A stretch of DNA of 63,619 bases, counting the filler, from Vannella sp. (taxonomy: Eukaryota): assembly GCA_023345925.1 (NCBI GenBank). It is 6 parts of 6 records of this genome, joined end to end, with 100 filler letters (N's around TTAATTAATTAA, not from the genome) between each part and the next. Parts side by side here need not be neighbours in the genome. Positions count along the whole stretch, not along the records: positions 1 to 8,697 come from JAJQQN010000664.1; positions 8,798 to 18,615 come from JAJQQN010000776.1; 4 more parts are not named here. One strand, given 5' to 3'. Position 1 is the first letter of the stretch. Each line of letters opens with the position of its first letter. A model generated the notes under the pieces. That model saw nothing but the letters and a program-made list of their open reading frames with translations. It did no database searches and had not been told where the DNA came from. Of the stretch, positions 1-10,170 are shown piece by piece. Both the position numbers and the translations under genes were made by a program.

Positions 1-472
1 GAAGTTGGTGATTTGCTTGTCCCTGAAAACGATTCATTTGCTGATTTTGATGTACTGCTTGTCGATCAAGACCTCAGTGATTCACCAAAGGCCATCTTGA
101 CAGTCCATGAGATCAAATTCAAGGATGTTGAGACCAACAACGAAGTCGGAATCCCAGATATTGTCAAGATATTTGTTGACACGGTCTCGCGTTATCCTTG
201 CCTTTCGGAGGCCTTTTTGGAAGGTCGCCTTGCGAGCGTTTGCTAAAAGTGTGACCTTGGATAGCGTTGCTAATGAGATCGTCCTATCGATTCAGAGGAA
301 ATTGAGTTTTGCAGGAGTCATTGATCTTAAGCAGATTGTACTGAATTGCCTTGTCATCCTCGAGCGCGCCCACACGCTCACAGTCATGAGCTGCAGCTTA
401 TCTTCTCGGCCAACATACGCGGCTCTTGATGAAGAATAAAGTTCCTTGGTGGAAGCCTCACTCGAGAGTTGA

Positions 473-1037
473 CATCCTCCAAGAACAGCACCAAAGTGTG
501 CATGGCTGAGCTGGCAAGTTGACTTATCCGAAAGAGTGAGCCTTCAAACATCTCAGCTGCTTGGCAAGACAAATCAGTTGAAAGTGTGATTGCTGAGCTA
601 AATCGGTGAGAATATCACTTGATCTGCCGAGTCCGATGCTGCCAAGTCAGTTGTAATCCTTCTTTTGGAACAATGAATGGGGCCCATACATCCACCTGAT
701 GGGTACAACCTGCTTCCTATGCACTGCCAATCCTTCCTTTTGGAGGAGGCCAACGATGCTTGGTAGTTGCTCCTTATAGAAGGACTTCCCTCGTTCCACA
801 GGTCAGCTCCGTCCTTAGAGAACCTGGAAGCCCTTGCGACGGATCTGGAAGCATCTATGCTGTCCGAGCGCCCGTGGCTTGCTCTCGACTCTTGCAGGCA
901 CAAAGTGGCTTGCCTTTCCTCCAAAGCTGTCTTCTTCTCATCCTTGGAGGGATCATAACGTCTCTACGACATAGGCTATCCTTCAAACCATCTCTCGTAA
1001 GTTCGTAGCCTCTAACAGTCGTCCATCGAGGACTCAG
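473..1037 (-). pseudogene. Degenerate partial duplicate of the arginyl-tRNA synthetase gene
   Basis: 481-540 (aagaacagcaccaaagtgtgcatggctgagctggcaagttgacttatccgaaagagtgag) nearly matches 5832-5891, and 921-1037 matches ~6605-6720 including the intron. It has frameshifts and an internal deletion of about 290 bp that removes the HVGH motif. Confidence 0.9.
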
Positions 1038-1285
1038 CAGTCCATAACTCATCGATCCTCTCTGGTTTGGTTGGCCAACCCCCTCATCCACATCATGTAT
1101 CGATAGAATATCGCAATGGTGCTCCCTCCTCACCCATAACACCTTCCCACGCTCCATCCTACGAAAGGGCGTGCGCACGAACACATCTCACCACCAAATG
1201 CCCTTTAAACGGCATTCCCTCCGATTGCAAGGCGTAACAGAGACAGAGAGGGCGTTTACCAAGAGAGAAGACACAGAAACAGGCA

Positions 1286-1906
1286 TCAACGACCACCCAC
1301 GCGCTCGCAACGGATGCCGCGAGCTTGACAGACCTGCCGAACGGCCCCTTCTGTCCCGCTGTTGGTCGGGAAGAAGATGAACCAAGGATCAGTGGGGTCT
1401 AAGATGTTCGGTGAGCCTTGAGTGTTGAGCTGACCGCACGTAACTTGGTCAAAGTTGAGGTGTTTCATCACACCGTCCAGCAAGCGCAGTTGGCGAGAGG
1501 AGCAGTCATACACGGTGGTCCAGTGGCCTCCAGCTCCCCTGAAGTAGACTCCTATCAGCACGGCCTTTGCACCTGCACCAAAGAGGTCCACAAGAGCGTT
1601 GAAATAGCCATCTTTGCGTTCAGGGATGCCTCGCCCAGCCATCATGGTCAACGTAGGGACAATGGGAGGTAGCACTCGCAAGAGAGCACTGATCTGTGGG
1701 TGGTACGTCCCGTTGGTGAGGAAGCCGATGGTGAGATTGATGAAGTGCTCGGGGGAGAGCTTCTGCCTCGCCACGTTGAGGATGGTTCCGCATAAGCTAT
1801 CCAACTGGTTCCTTGGGACTATCCCGCACGCCTGAATCGAGTTGATGATGGCGTAGATCCCACACGCACCGTCTAAGTCTCCTTGAATGAAGGGCACGAC
1901 ACTCAT
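1286..1906 (-). CDS. Papain-fold cysteine peptidase-like protein (C39/Josephin-like), 206 aa, intronless
   Basis: QGDLDGACGIYAIIN (oxyanion Q, catalytic C), GGHWTTV (H) and LRLLDG (D) occur in papain-fold order. ATG at 1906. Confidence 0.7.
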   Translation of the reverse strand: MSVVPFIQGDLDGACGIYAIINSIQACGIVPRNQLDSLCGTILNVARQKLSPEHFINLTIGFLTNGTYHPQISALLRVLPPIVPTLTMMAGRGIPERKDGYFNALVDLFGAGAKAVLIGVYFRGAGGHWTTVYDCSSRQLRLLDGVMKHLNFDQVTCGQLNTQGSPNILDPTDPWFIFFPTNSGTEGAVRQVCQARGIRCERVGGR

Positions 1907-2242
1907 AAGCTGACAACTTAACAATGGAAGCTGTCGTCCCTCTCAACAGGGGAAGTGACGATCCTCGCTTGCCCATCTCAAACCTTCTCACTTGAAGGTT
2001 ATCTAAAGGCCTCCATCTCCAAAAGTTCGAATCTATCCTTCGTCACAAGAGAGAGCAACAGACTTGTCCCTTTGCTTCCCTCAGCTCTGAGCATCTTCGT
2101 TTGCTGGCCTTCTGAATAGCAATGCTACTGACTAGTACGTAGAGAATGCTAAATCGCTCCTTACAAGGACCTTCGTAAGGTGTTCGACTCCTCGGTCTCC
2201 AGATGAAAGTACATTTATCTACCTGAGGGTCTCATGGGAGGA

Positions 2243-2731
2243 TCAGGTGCAGAGGAACCTCACATCCATCTTGTTTTCAGTGAGAGGGGCAACCCAGACG
2301 TTGTCCAAAGCGGTGTTGCTGCCATAGAGAGGAGACTGGCTGGTCAAACTTACATCGTTTCCTTGGTGGCAGTAGAGTACAGTAATCGTCGTACTTGCAG
2401 TTTGAATAGAGACATGCCAGAGCTTGAAGCGAGGGGCTTCGCGGGGTTCGTGCTTCTTCTTGCGGGGGATGAGCTTCGTGATGGTCCAAGTTTGCTTGGT
2501 TCCTTCGTTGTACTGCTTCTTCTTTCGGGTTTGGTTCCAGCTCCAGCCTTCTCCTGTGGGGAGATCCTGGACTAGTATGGGTCGATGGAGGAAAAGGGTG
2601 GTTCCTTTGTCAAAGATGGCTTGAGAGACACAAGTGCTTTGGGGTGTTCCTGCCGCCATCATTGATCGAACGTGGTGAAGGACGTGCATCTCTTCTTTTT
2701 GGAGAGAGTGAATGGGGCTGGTCATGCTCAT
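2243..2731 (-). CDS. Small basic protein, putative CG-1/WRKY-GCM1-like DNA-binding domain, paralog 1 (162 aa)
   Basis: Intact ORF from MSMTSP, closely similar to 4010-4504. Motifs KGTTLFL, EGWSWNQTRKKK, RFKLWHV and VLYCH. The upstream extension of the listed ORF is not shared with the paralog. Confidence 0.6.
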   Translation of the reverse strand: MSMTSPIHSLQKEEMHVLHHVRSMMAAGTPQSTCVSQAIFDKGTTLFLHRPILVQDLPTGEGWSWNQTRKKKQYNEGTKQTWTITKLIPRKKKHEPREAPRFKLWHVSIQTASTTITVLYCHQGNDVSLTSQSPLYGSNTALDNVWVAPLTENKMDVRFLCT

Positions 2732-4009
2732 GGCGAACGGGTGGCTGCGAATGAGCAAGAACGAAAGTTGAAATTTTCCTTTTTGGTTTGTTCTTCCTTG
2801 AAAGTTGTTCGGAAAAGGAGTTCTCTCTCTGACTAAACTCATCGCCGCCGTTCCAACCAAATGATCAGAAATTGTCAGATTTGCTCCCAGTGTAATAGGA
2901 GGGAGAAAGACCGAGCGAATCCCAAAAAGGAGTTCAACACCATTTTGGGAACATTTCCGACCAGCGACACTTGTTCGAGCACTATTCCCTTTCTCAGTAG
3001 ATCCTACGTGGAATGGCAAGGTCTTTAGTTGCCTCTTTGCGTGTGATACTTGGTATCCAACTCGGAAAGATGTTTCGGCAAGAAGAGAATTTCCGAGGAG
3101 AAGAAGTTCATTCCTTTTGCTGCTCCTCTTCCCACCGCGGTTACTTTCCTGATGACCACCCCGTCCGACCTGGTGAGTTTCTTGCATCTCCCTCTTGTTC
3201 AGAATGATTCTGATTCCAGAAAACCGAACAACATGTTCTTGTTCTTGTCGAACATGTTGTTCGGGTTTAGGCCGTCGATGAATCTTCGGACACGGAGTTA
3301 CGCTACAACAAATAGTAAGCATCCACGCGAAGCCTCTTCATTGCTCTTCTCTTGCTTGCTTCGACAGGATGATTGGGAGAGGTTGCCATGAACCCTCTGT
3401 TGGTCAGCGAATAACCGATCTCTCCGGCTCATCTGAAGGATGATGAAATCATGGCCCGCCCTGAGATAAATCTAAACACACAGGTCACTCAACAGAAGGC
3501 TGGGCTCAAGGAACACCATTCCTTGAGGAAAAGGAGAAGGTGAGTTGATAGTAAAATTCTGGCTAAGTCTGGTTCTCATCCACTCCGTAAGGAGATGAGT
3601 AATGTGGTTCAATTTTCTTTGGGCAGACGAGCTGGGTTTGCTGAGGATGAGCCAAGCGAGGATGGAGGTAGCTCAGACTCTTTTGGCCGTTGTTACCGCT
3701 TTGCTTTGTGACGCGTTGGAAGAGTCATTCCTACTCTCAGGAAGCAATTTAGGATGTTCCAGGCGACCTAGTAACTAAGGAATGACTAATGGGTGGTAAA
3801 GGCCAAAGATGCCAGAAGAAATGAGCCCTTTTCTGTGGGTTACAGCGGTAGATCTCCTGAGCCTCGTGAAAACTGTCAAACGTCCGGTAACGTACAAAAA
3901 GTCTTCTGAAGGCCAGGATTCTCATCATCCTGAGGATCTTCATCTTCAAGTGCTCTTGGACCTATCTTGATGAAGGAACATTTATCCAATTGGAGGTCTC
4001 ATGGGACAA

Positions 4010-4504
4010 TCAGTGGCAAAGAAATCTCACATCCATCTTGTTTTCGCGTGAGTGGAGAACCCAGACTTTGTCCAAGGCGATGTTACTGCCGTAAAGAGGG
4101 GAACTGGAATGGTTCGTCGAACTGGGGTCGTTCCCTTGGTGACAGTAGAGCACTGTGGTAGTTGAAGTCGCGGTTTGAATAGAGACATGCCAGAGCTTGA
4201 AACGAGGAGCTTCCCTAGCTTCATCCCTCTTCTTACGGGGGACGAGCTTTGTGATGGTCCAAGTTTGCTGCATTCCTTCGTTGTGTTGTTTCTTCTTCCG
4301 CGTTTGGTTCCAATTCCAGCCACCCTCCGTGGGGAGGTCCCGAAACAGAATAGGTCGAGGAAAGAAATGGGTGGTTCCTTTGTCAAAGATGGCGGGGGAG
4401 AGACAAGTGCTTTGAGGTGTTCCCACCGCCATCATCGATCGGACGTGCTGGAGGACGTGCATCTCTTCTTTCGTGAGAGAGTGAATGGGGCTGGCTATGC
4501 TCAT
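4010..4504 (-). CDS. Small basic protein, putative CG-1/WRKY-GCM1-like DNA-binding domain, paralog 2 (164 aa)
   Basis: Intact ORF collinear with 2243-2731, with many conservative or synonymous differences and conserved flanks. Confidence 0.6.
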   Translation of the reverse strand: MSIASPIHSLTKEEMHVLQHVRSMMAVGTPQSTCLSPAIFDKGTTHFFPRPILFRDLPTEGGWNWNQTRKKKQHNEGMQQTWTITKLVPRKKRDEAREAPRFKLWHVSIQTATSTTTVLYCHQGNDPSSTNHSSSPLYGSNIALDKVWVLHSRENKMDVRFLCH

Positions 4505-5222
4505 GGTAAACGGGCGGCTGCGAATGATTGGAACGAAGTTTTGAAAATCTCCTTTTTCGTCGCGTTCTTACTTGAAAGTGGACACTTCAACTCAACTTCA
4601 CTTCTCTCCACCATGAGGCATCTCATCTTTACTTGTCGCACTCTGTGTGCTTGGATGGAGCAAAACAGAGTGGATTCCAAAAAGGCTCTTTCTCCTTTTC
4701 GGGCCTATTCCCAACCAGCGACTCCACGGGCCCGTGTTTTTTTCTTGAGTTGTTTTGCTGGATCATGTGCCTCTCCCAGGCCTCTTTAGATGTGGGAAAC
4801 ACTGGGCTAACACAGCTCCTGTCTCGAATCGAACCTGTTGACTGGTACATCCCCGTTACATAGTAACGCTTAAGATCACCCAGTTATTGGAAAAATGAGG
4901 GTTCGCTTCCATGCAACTTCTTCCAGGAACCAATGGGAAGCCAGGAAGGCGAAGTACTTCAACCCAAACTCAGAAAGTGAAAATGCTAATCTGGGAACTC
5001 CCTCGGGGGACGGACGCTGTATTACGCGTTTGATTCCTTCTTCAACCGACCGCCTGCAATCATGTCGAGCTTCTCCGAGGTGTTCATGCACCAACTTGCA
5101 CTCCCAGCTCCTTCTTGGCCTCTGGTTGGGTTCGAAGTCAAACAGTGGAGCCCCTTGGAGTACGTAACTCAAGAATGAGTTTATCGAAATCCAAACATTC
5201 TTATCTGGTAGGCGAATGCTGG

Positions 5223-7088
5223 TTAAAGGCGAGTAGGGACGATGTTAAGGAGTTCAAACCCTTTCTGCAAAGTAATGGCAGTCGCCTTGCAAAGTTCAAT
5301 GCGAGAAGAAGTGTGTTCGTTTTGGAGAATCGGGCAAGATTCGTAGAATTTGCTGAACCGGCTGGCCAACACAAAGAGATAGTCACTCACAACATTGGCT
5401 GCAAGTCCTTCCATGGCAAACTCCAATGCATCGCGGAAGTGGATTAAATGGAGAGCTAAGTCTCTCTCACTCTTATGGTGGAAACTGATTGCAATAGATC
5501 GGTCCAGGGTCAACACTTGGTCCTCAAAAGCCTGTCCAGAATGCTTTTCCAACACTGAAGCAGCGCGGGAGAAGGCATAAAGTAAGTAGACGCCGGTATT
5601 GCCGTGGAACTGCAAGATATGCTCAAAAGAGAACTTGTAGTTTTGCGTGCGTTGATTGGAGAGCTCGTAGTACTTGATAGCAGCTTGGGCCACCCTTTTA
5701 ATATCTGTTTTTCCGCTGTTGAAAGTGGCCTGTGCCAAGGACTCCTGAGCCTTTTGCTCTGCCTGCGAAATAAAATCTTTCAATTTGACTGGTGTTCCCT
5801 CTCTTGACCTCATGCGAGTCCCATCCTCTCCAAGAACAGCACCAAAGTGTGCATGGGTGAGCTGGCAAGTTGACTTGTCCGAAAGAGTGAGCCATCTCAG
5901 CTGCTTGGCAAGATAAAACAGTTGATGGAAGTGCAATTGCTGAGCCGAATCAGTGAGAATGACGATTCGCTGGCACTTGAGCTGCTGAGTCCGATGATAC
6001 ATTGCTGCCAAGTCAGTTGTGGCATAAAGAAAGGATCCGTCCTTCTTCTGGACAATGAATGGGGCATCCTGTTTGCCATTAGGCACGAAAACGCACTGGG
6101 CACCTTCTGATGGCACTGCCAATCCTTCCTTTTGGAGGAGGCCAACAATGCCTGGGAGTTGCTCCTTGTAGAAGGACTCCCCTCGTTCCACGGGCTCAAC
6201 ACCGAACCATTCTTGGAGTTCCTGGAAGCCCTTGCGACTGACAGCACAGAGATGCTTCCAGATAGCGTCAATGGCTTGGTCTCGACCCTCTTGCAGACAC
6301 AAAGTTGCTTGTAAACTCTGTTCTGCAAAGGCTGGGTCATCTTTAGCCCGCTGGGAGGCTGCAATGTATAGTTCAGTCAACTGTTGAGGTGTTTGAAGCT
6401 GCTGAAGGTCGAATCCGTCCTTCTTATCAAGGCAGTAGGCGATGACCCTCCCCATTGGCGTCCCGAAGTCCCCCACGTGGCTGATCCGAGTGACTGTGTA
6501 CCCACCCACTCGCTCTAGCAAACGGCAAATGAACTCTCCTTGTACCATGGATCGGAGATGGCCCACGTGCATCTCTTTGGCCATGTTTGGTGATGAATAG
6601 TCCACCAAAGCAGTCTTCTTCTCATCCTGGGGAGTCCACGGCGCCTCTACGACATCTATTATCCTTCACAATCACCTTATGTAAGTTCATAGCATCCGAC
6701 AGTCGTCAAGAGAGCCCTCACCGGTCTGCAATCCACCGATCCGCAAGAGTAAAGTTGATAAAGCCCTTGTTCACCACGCTAGCTCCCTCAATGGCATCGT
6801 CACGAGGTAGTTGCCTATCCTCTTGTCATTAAACCAGGAGTTATCGCCCTCAAACGGCTCTCCTTACGCGATAAGCCTCTCCGCAACCTCAGTGGGAGAC
6901 GAGTTCGTCGTGAGAGAGCGCTGGAACGGGACTGGCGAGTGATAGTCGTCACCCTTCTTTGCTTTCTGCACCAAGCACATGCCAGAAGCCTCCCCAGACA
7001 ACAAAGGAAACTCCCGCACGAAACTATCCTCCAAAAGACCCTTCAAATGAGCCACAGGCGAGAACCGCCTGCAAGCCACCCGCCACAT
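5223..7088 (-). CDS. argS: Arginyl-tRNA synthetase, probably mitochondrial (3 exons)
   Basis: VDYSSPNMAKEMHVGHLRS HIGH motif, GFINF, YATTDLAA, GNTGVYLLYA. Arg-rich N-terminus MWRVACRRF. Introns at about 6815-6867 and 6665-6721. Confidence 0.95.
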
Positions 7089-7129
7089 CACAAATGACAA
7101 GGCAAAGGAGCCTCTGGTGGGTCATTTGG

Positions 7130-8697
7130 ATGTTCGCACGGCGAGTGGGCCACTGGCTGGGTCGTCCTTTGGGCTCTCGGCGGTACTCCGTGGCGCAGAG
7201 CATTCGAATGACTATTCAGATCAATGATAGACTCAAACAAACGGATCTGGAGGGGGCTTGGGTGGCCTACAAGGCGATGGTGGCTACAGGGTTCTTCCCA
7301 AAGGATGAGACGCTCAACAACCTCTTCCACAGGGCTGCTCGCAACTCTGATATGCAGAAGATTAATGATGTGTTGAGGGATATGGAAGAACGACGCTATC
7401 GCGTGTCCTACTTCAACCTGAACGCCATCATCAACGGACTTTGCGTCAGCCAGAACTTGGACCTTGCAAAGGGCTTCTACGAGAAGCTGAAGGACTCAGG
7501 ACTTCCCATAGGTACACCACCTATCGTTTCTATCATATCATGTGCTTGTAGAGTGAATCGGCACGAGCTGGCGCTGCTGTTCGTCCAGGAAGCTGCCGAC
7601 CATCACCTCTCCTTACCGCTTGGAGCTTTCAACTCCGTCCTCAGAGTGCTTTGTCGGTTGAAGAGACACCAGGAGGTGGTTACGTTCTACACAGTTCACA
7701 TGCTAGACCGAGTGGTGCCCGATGCTACGACAATGAACATTCTCTTCCAGTCCTTCTGCGCTCTCCACCGCTCCAATGACGCTCTGTCGCTCCTCCAAGT
7801 CATTCGAAAACATGAGCTCTCTTCTCAAGTTCATGTCAAGCTACTACACGATATCCTGGTCCTGGCTCAGAAGCTGAAACGAGATGCAGATGTTATGGAC
7901 GCTCTTCTCTTGATTGAGAGCTCCAACCCTACTCACAAGGATCTTGCTTGTTACAACATCCTTATTAACACCTACCACACACTCTCTGACCTCCCCAAAG
8001 CCCTCCAGACCTATGATGAGATGCTTTCATTCGGTGTCGAGCCCAATGAGTGGACGTACCAGCACCTCATCGGTTGCTGCAAGAAGGAAAGAGCTCTCGT
8101 TAAAGCAGTGGAGTTGTTCGGCCACATGCGAGAACGAGGGATCGTGCCCAGCATCATCACAAACACGAAGATGATTGACATCTTCTGCATCATCAAACAG
8201 CCTTTAGACGCACTCGCAATAGTGGATAACATGAAAGCAGCAGGCAACCAGCTCTCTTCTATCACATACAACATCCTCATCCGAGGACTTCTTCGAAACA
8301 GGAAGGTCGAGCAGGCGCTTCAAGTACTTCAGGAGATGAAGGACTCGGGGCTTCAGCCCAACATTGCTACGATTAATAACGTCATCGATGGGTACAACTG
8401 CATCGCTCAATCTTCGGATGCTCTTCGCTTCTATGACACGCTGGAGTACCGACCTGACCCCAGTCCTGCGACATACACTCTACTCATTCAATCATGTGCG
8501 ATGGAGCAAGACCTGACTCGCGCGTTGAGCTTTTGGAAGCAAATGACAGAAGAGGGGGTTCTTTGTACTTCTGATGCCCTTACAGCGTTGACTGTACTCT
8601 CAAGCGTCAAGGGAGACCTCCCACAGGCCCTCATCTTCTGGGAGGAGTTACTTCGACGGGGCACACCAACCCCAGAAGCAAACCAGGCGGTTGTTGA
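7130..8697 (+). CDS. Pentatricopeptide repeat (PPR) protein, 3' truncated by the contig end
   Basis: Tandem 35-aa repeats such as YNILIRGLLRNRKVEQALQVLQEMKDSGLQPN. MFARRVGHWLGRPLGSRRYS resembles a presequence. Alternative ATG at 7094. Confidence 0.9.
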
Positions 8698-8797
8698 NNN
8701 NNNNNNNNNNNNNNNNNNNNNNNNNNNNNNNNNNNNNNNNNTTAATTAATTAANNNNNNNNNNNNNNNNNNNNNNNNNNNNNNNNNNNNNNNNNNNN
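8698..8797. other. Artificial contig-joining spacer (N run with TTAATTAATTAA)
   Basis: 100-nt spacer with a six-frame stop linker, identical to four others in the window. Confidence 0.98.
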
Positions 8798-8829
8798 GTT
8801 TCTGCGTTTGTTCGTTCAACTTCCTTCAA

Positions 8830-10103
8830 AATGCACCGGTGGTGCGTTGAATGCCCGTGCTGGCGAAGAGAATCATCTCCTTCAATTTGACAGCAACTAT
8901 TTCATGTTCCACTGCGGACTGGCCCTAGTGTTTACCGGATTGCCTCCAATCCAGGTCTCTTCGCTGTTGACAGCCCCTTGTGGCTTCCAGATCGAATTGG
9001 TCTAGTATGAAAGGAAGGCAGAGAAGTGGTGTCTGAATCGTCCACACCCAAAGGCCGCGAGACCAATCTCTCTTGGGCGAGTTCTCTTCCTCAAAGAGTG
9101 GGAGGAGTACCACCACTGATCAAGGTTGTTTGTGGTTCCAACTTCCTCGTGGCAGAGGCCGAAGAAGGCCTCTGCGTGTTGGGCGAACACTTCAAAGGGC
9201 AACTGGGCCTCGGCCATACCAACAGCGCTCTTCGACCGACTCTTACCCAGGTGGAGAGTTGTTCCAAAGGGCCTTCGATGCCTGGCTGCCCTCAAAAAAG
9301 CAGTGATTGTCATCGACTCGCAAGGAGGAGAAGACTCCTTTGGCCAACTGGGGCGCCTTTCTGGTGATTATACGAAGTTTGAACGAAAAATGAAGCTCTT
9401 CTCTTACTGAACCGGTTCCCCTTCACCTTTTCGAAGCTCTCTGAGGCGGGATTGGCCATTCCTGGCAGAATATCAAGTAAAAGCGTCTCCAACAGTGATG
9501 AAAGTCATTCTTTGATGGCCTCAGCTTGGCGGGGAATGGTCCGGCGGGAGCTGGGAGAGTTGGAGGAGGTTTGTGGGCCGATTGGGGGGGAGAGTGGGAA
9601 CTGAAAGGGTAGTAGCAAGTGCGCATGCTTCAGGTGGTCATTGACCGTATCGCAGCCCGCGGGGACTTCCTTTCTGAAGAGCAGAGGAGCAAGAAGCAAA
9701 TCTATTTCGAGCTGAAACAGGAACACCAAGCTCTCACAGAGCAGCTCAAGCAACACGTATGTTGCTACTTCTACCAGACCGACTCTTGTTCCTCACAGCC
9801 CTGTTCCAGATGGAGGCGGCGAAGCAACCCGCAAAGAAGACTCCCAATCCTTCAAAACGGGGAGGAAAGGCATCAAGGCACTGCCTTGCACTAAGGAGAC
9901 TCCTCCCTCTCGTTATCATTGTGTTTGCTGTACTCCTGGCCTTTGTGACACTGCTGGTTGTGGTGGTTCCCACCACAGCCGACGAGCAAGTGGATGAAGC
10001 TCTTTGGGAGTCCGTTCATTCCTTCTCTTGGACCAACACAACTCATCTAAGGAAGCGATGGGACTACGCAATGCATAGACTTCAAGAGCCCAGCCCTTTA
10101 TAG
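8830..10103 (+). pseudogene. Disrupted RCC1-repeat protein with C-terminal coiled-coil and transmembrane helix
   Basis: RCC1-like blades in different frames: IKVVCGSNFLVAEAEEGLCVLGEHFKGQLGLGH (about 9118-9217), VIVIDSQGGEDSFGQLGR and FTGLPPIQ. The 3' part has a clean intron (9757-9809) and TM segment LLPLVIIVFAVLLAFVTLLVVVV. Confidence 0.55.
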
Positions 10104-10170
10104 CACCTGAATGAACCAGAGACCTTCAGGACCCTCATTGAAGAGGGAGGGAAAGAGGGATAGGCACCAC

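Noticed and set aside
1..300. TGA recoding (alternative genetic code or selenocysteine)
   Set aside because: TGA is a normal stop in MCM4, uricase and the kinase, and the positions do not suggest selenocysteine.
2732..3322. N-terminal extension of the 359-aa ORF
   Set aside because: Absent from the paralog and lies upstream of the shared initiator-like motif and ATG.
4600..5200. Short ORFs between paralog 2 and ArgRS
   Set aside because: No recognisable motif or consistent frame. Possibly a relic but unsupported.
6959..7093. PPR ORF extension overlapping ArgRS exon 1
   Set aside because: Non-ATG start, antisense to a coding exon.
8742..8753. TTAATTAATTAA palindrome recurring five times
   Set aside because: Always centred in a 100-nt N run. 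It is an assembly linker, so adjacency across it is meaningless.
9002..9217. Minus-strand ORF MAEAQLPFEVFAQHAEAF resembling an ATG10 N-terminus
   Set aside because: No downstream ATG10 motifs, and the plus strand gives clearer RCC1 repeats.
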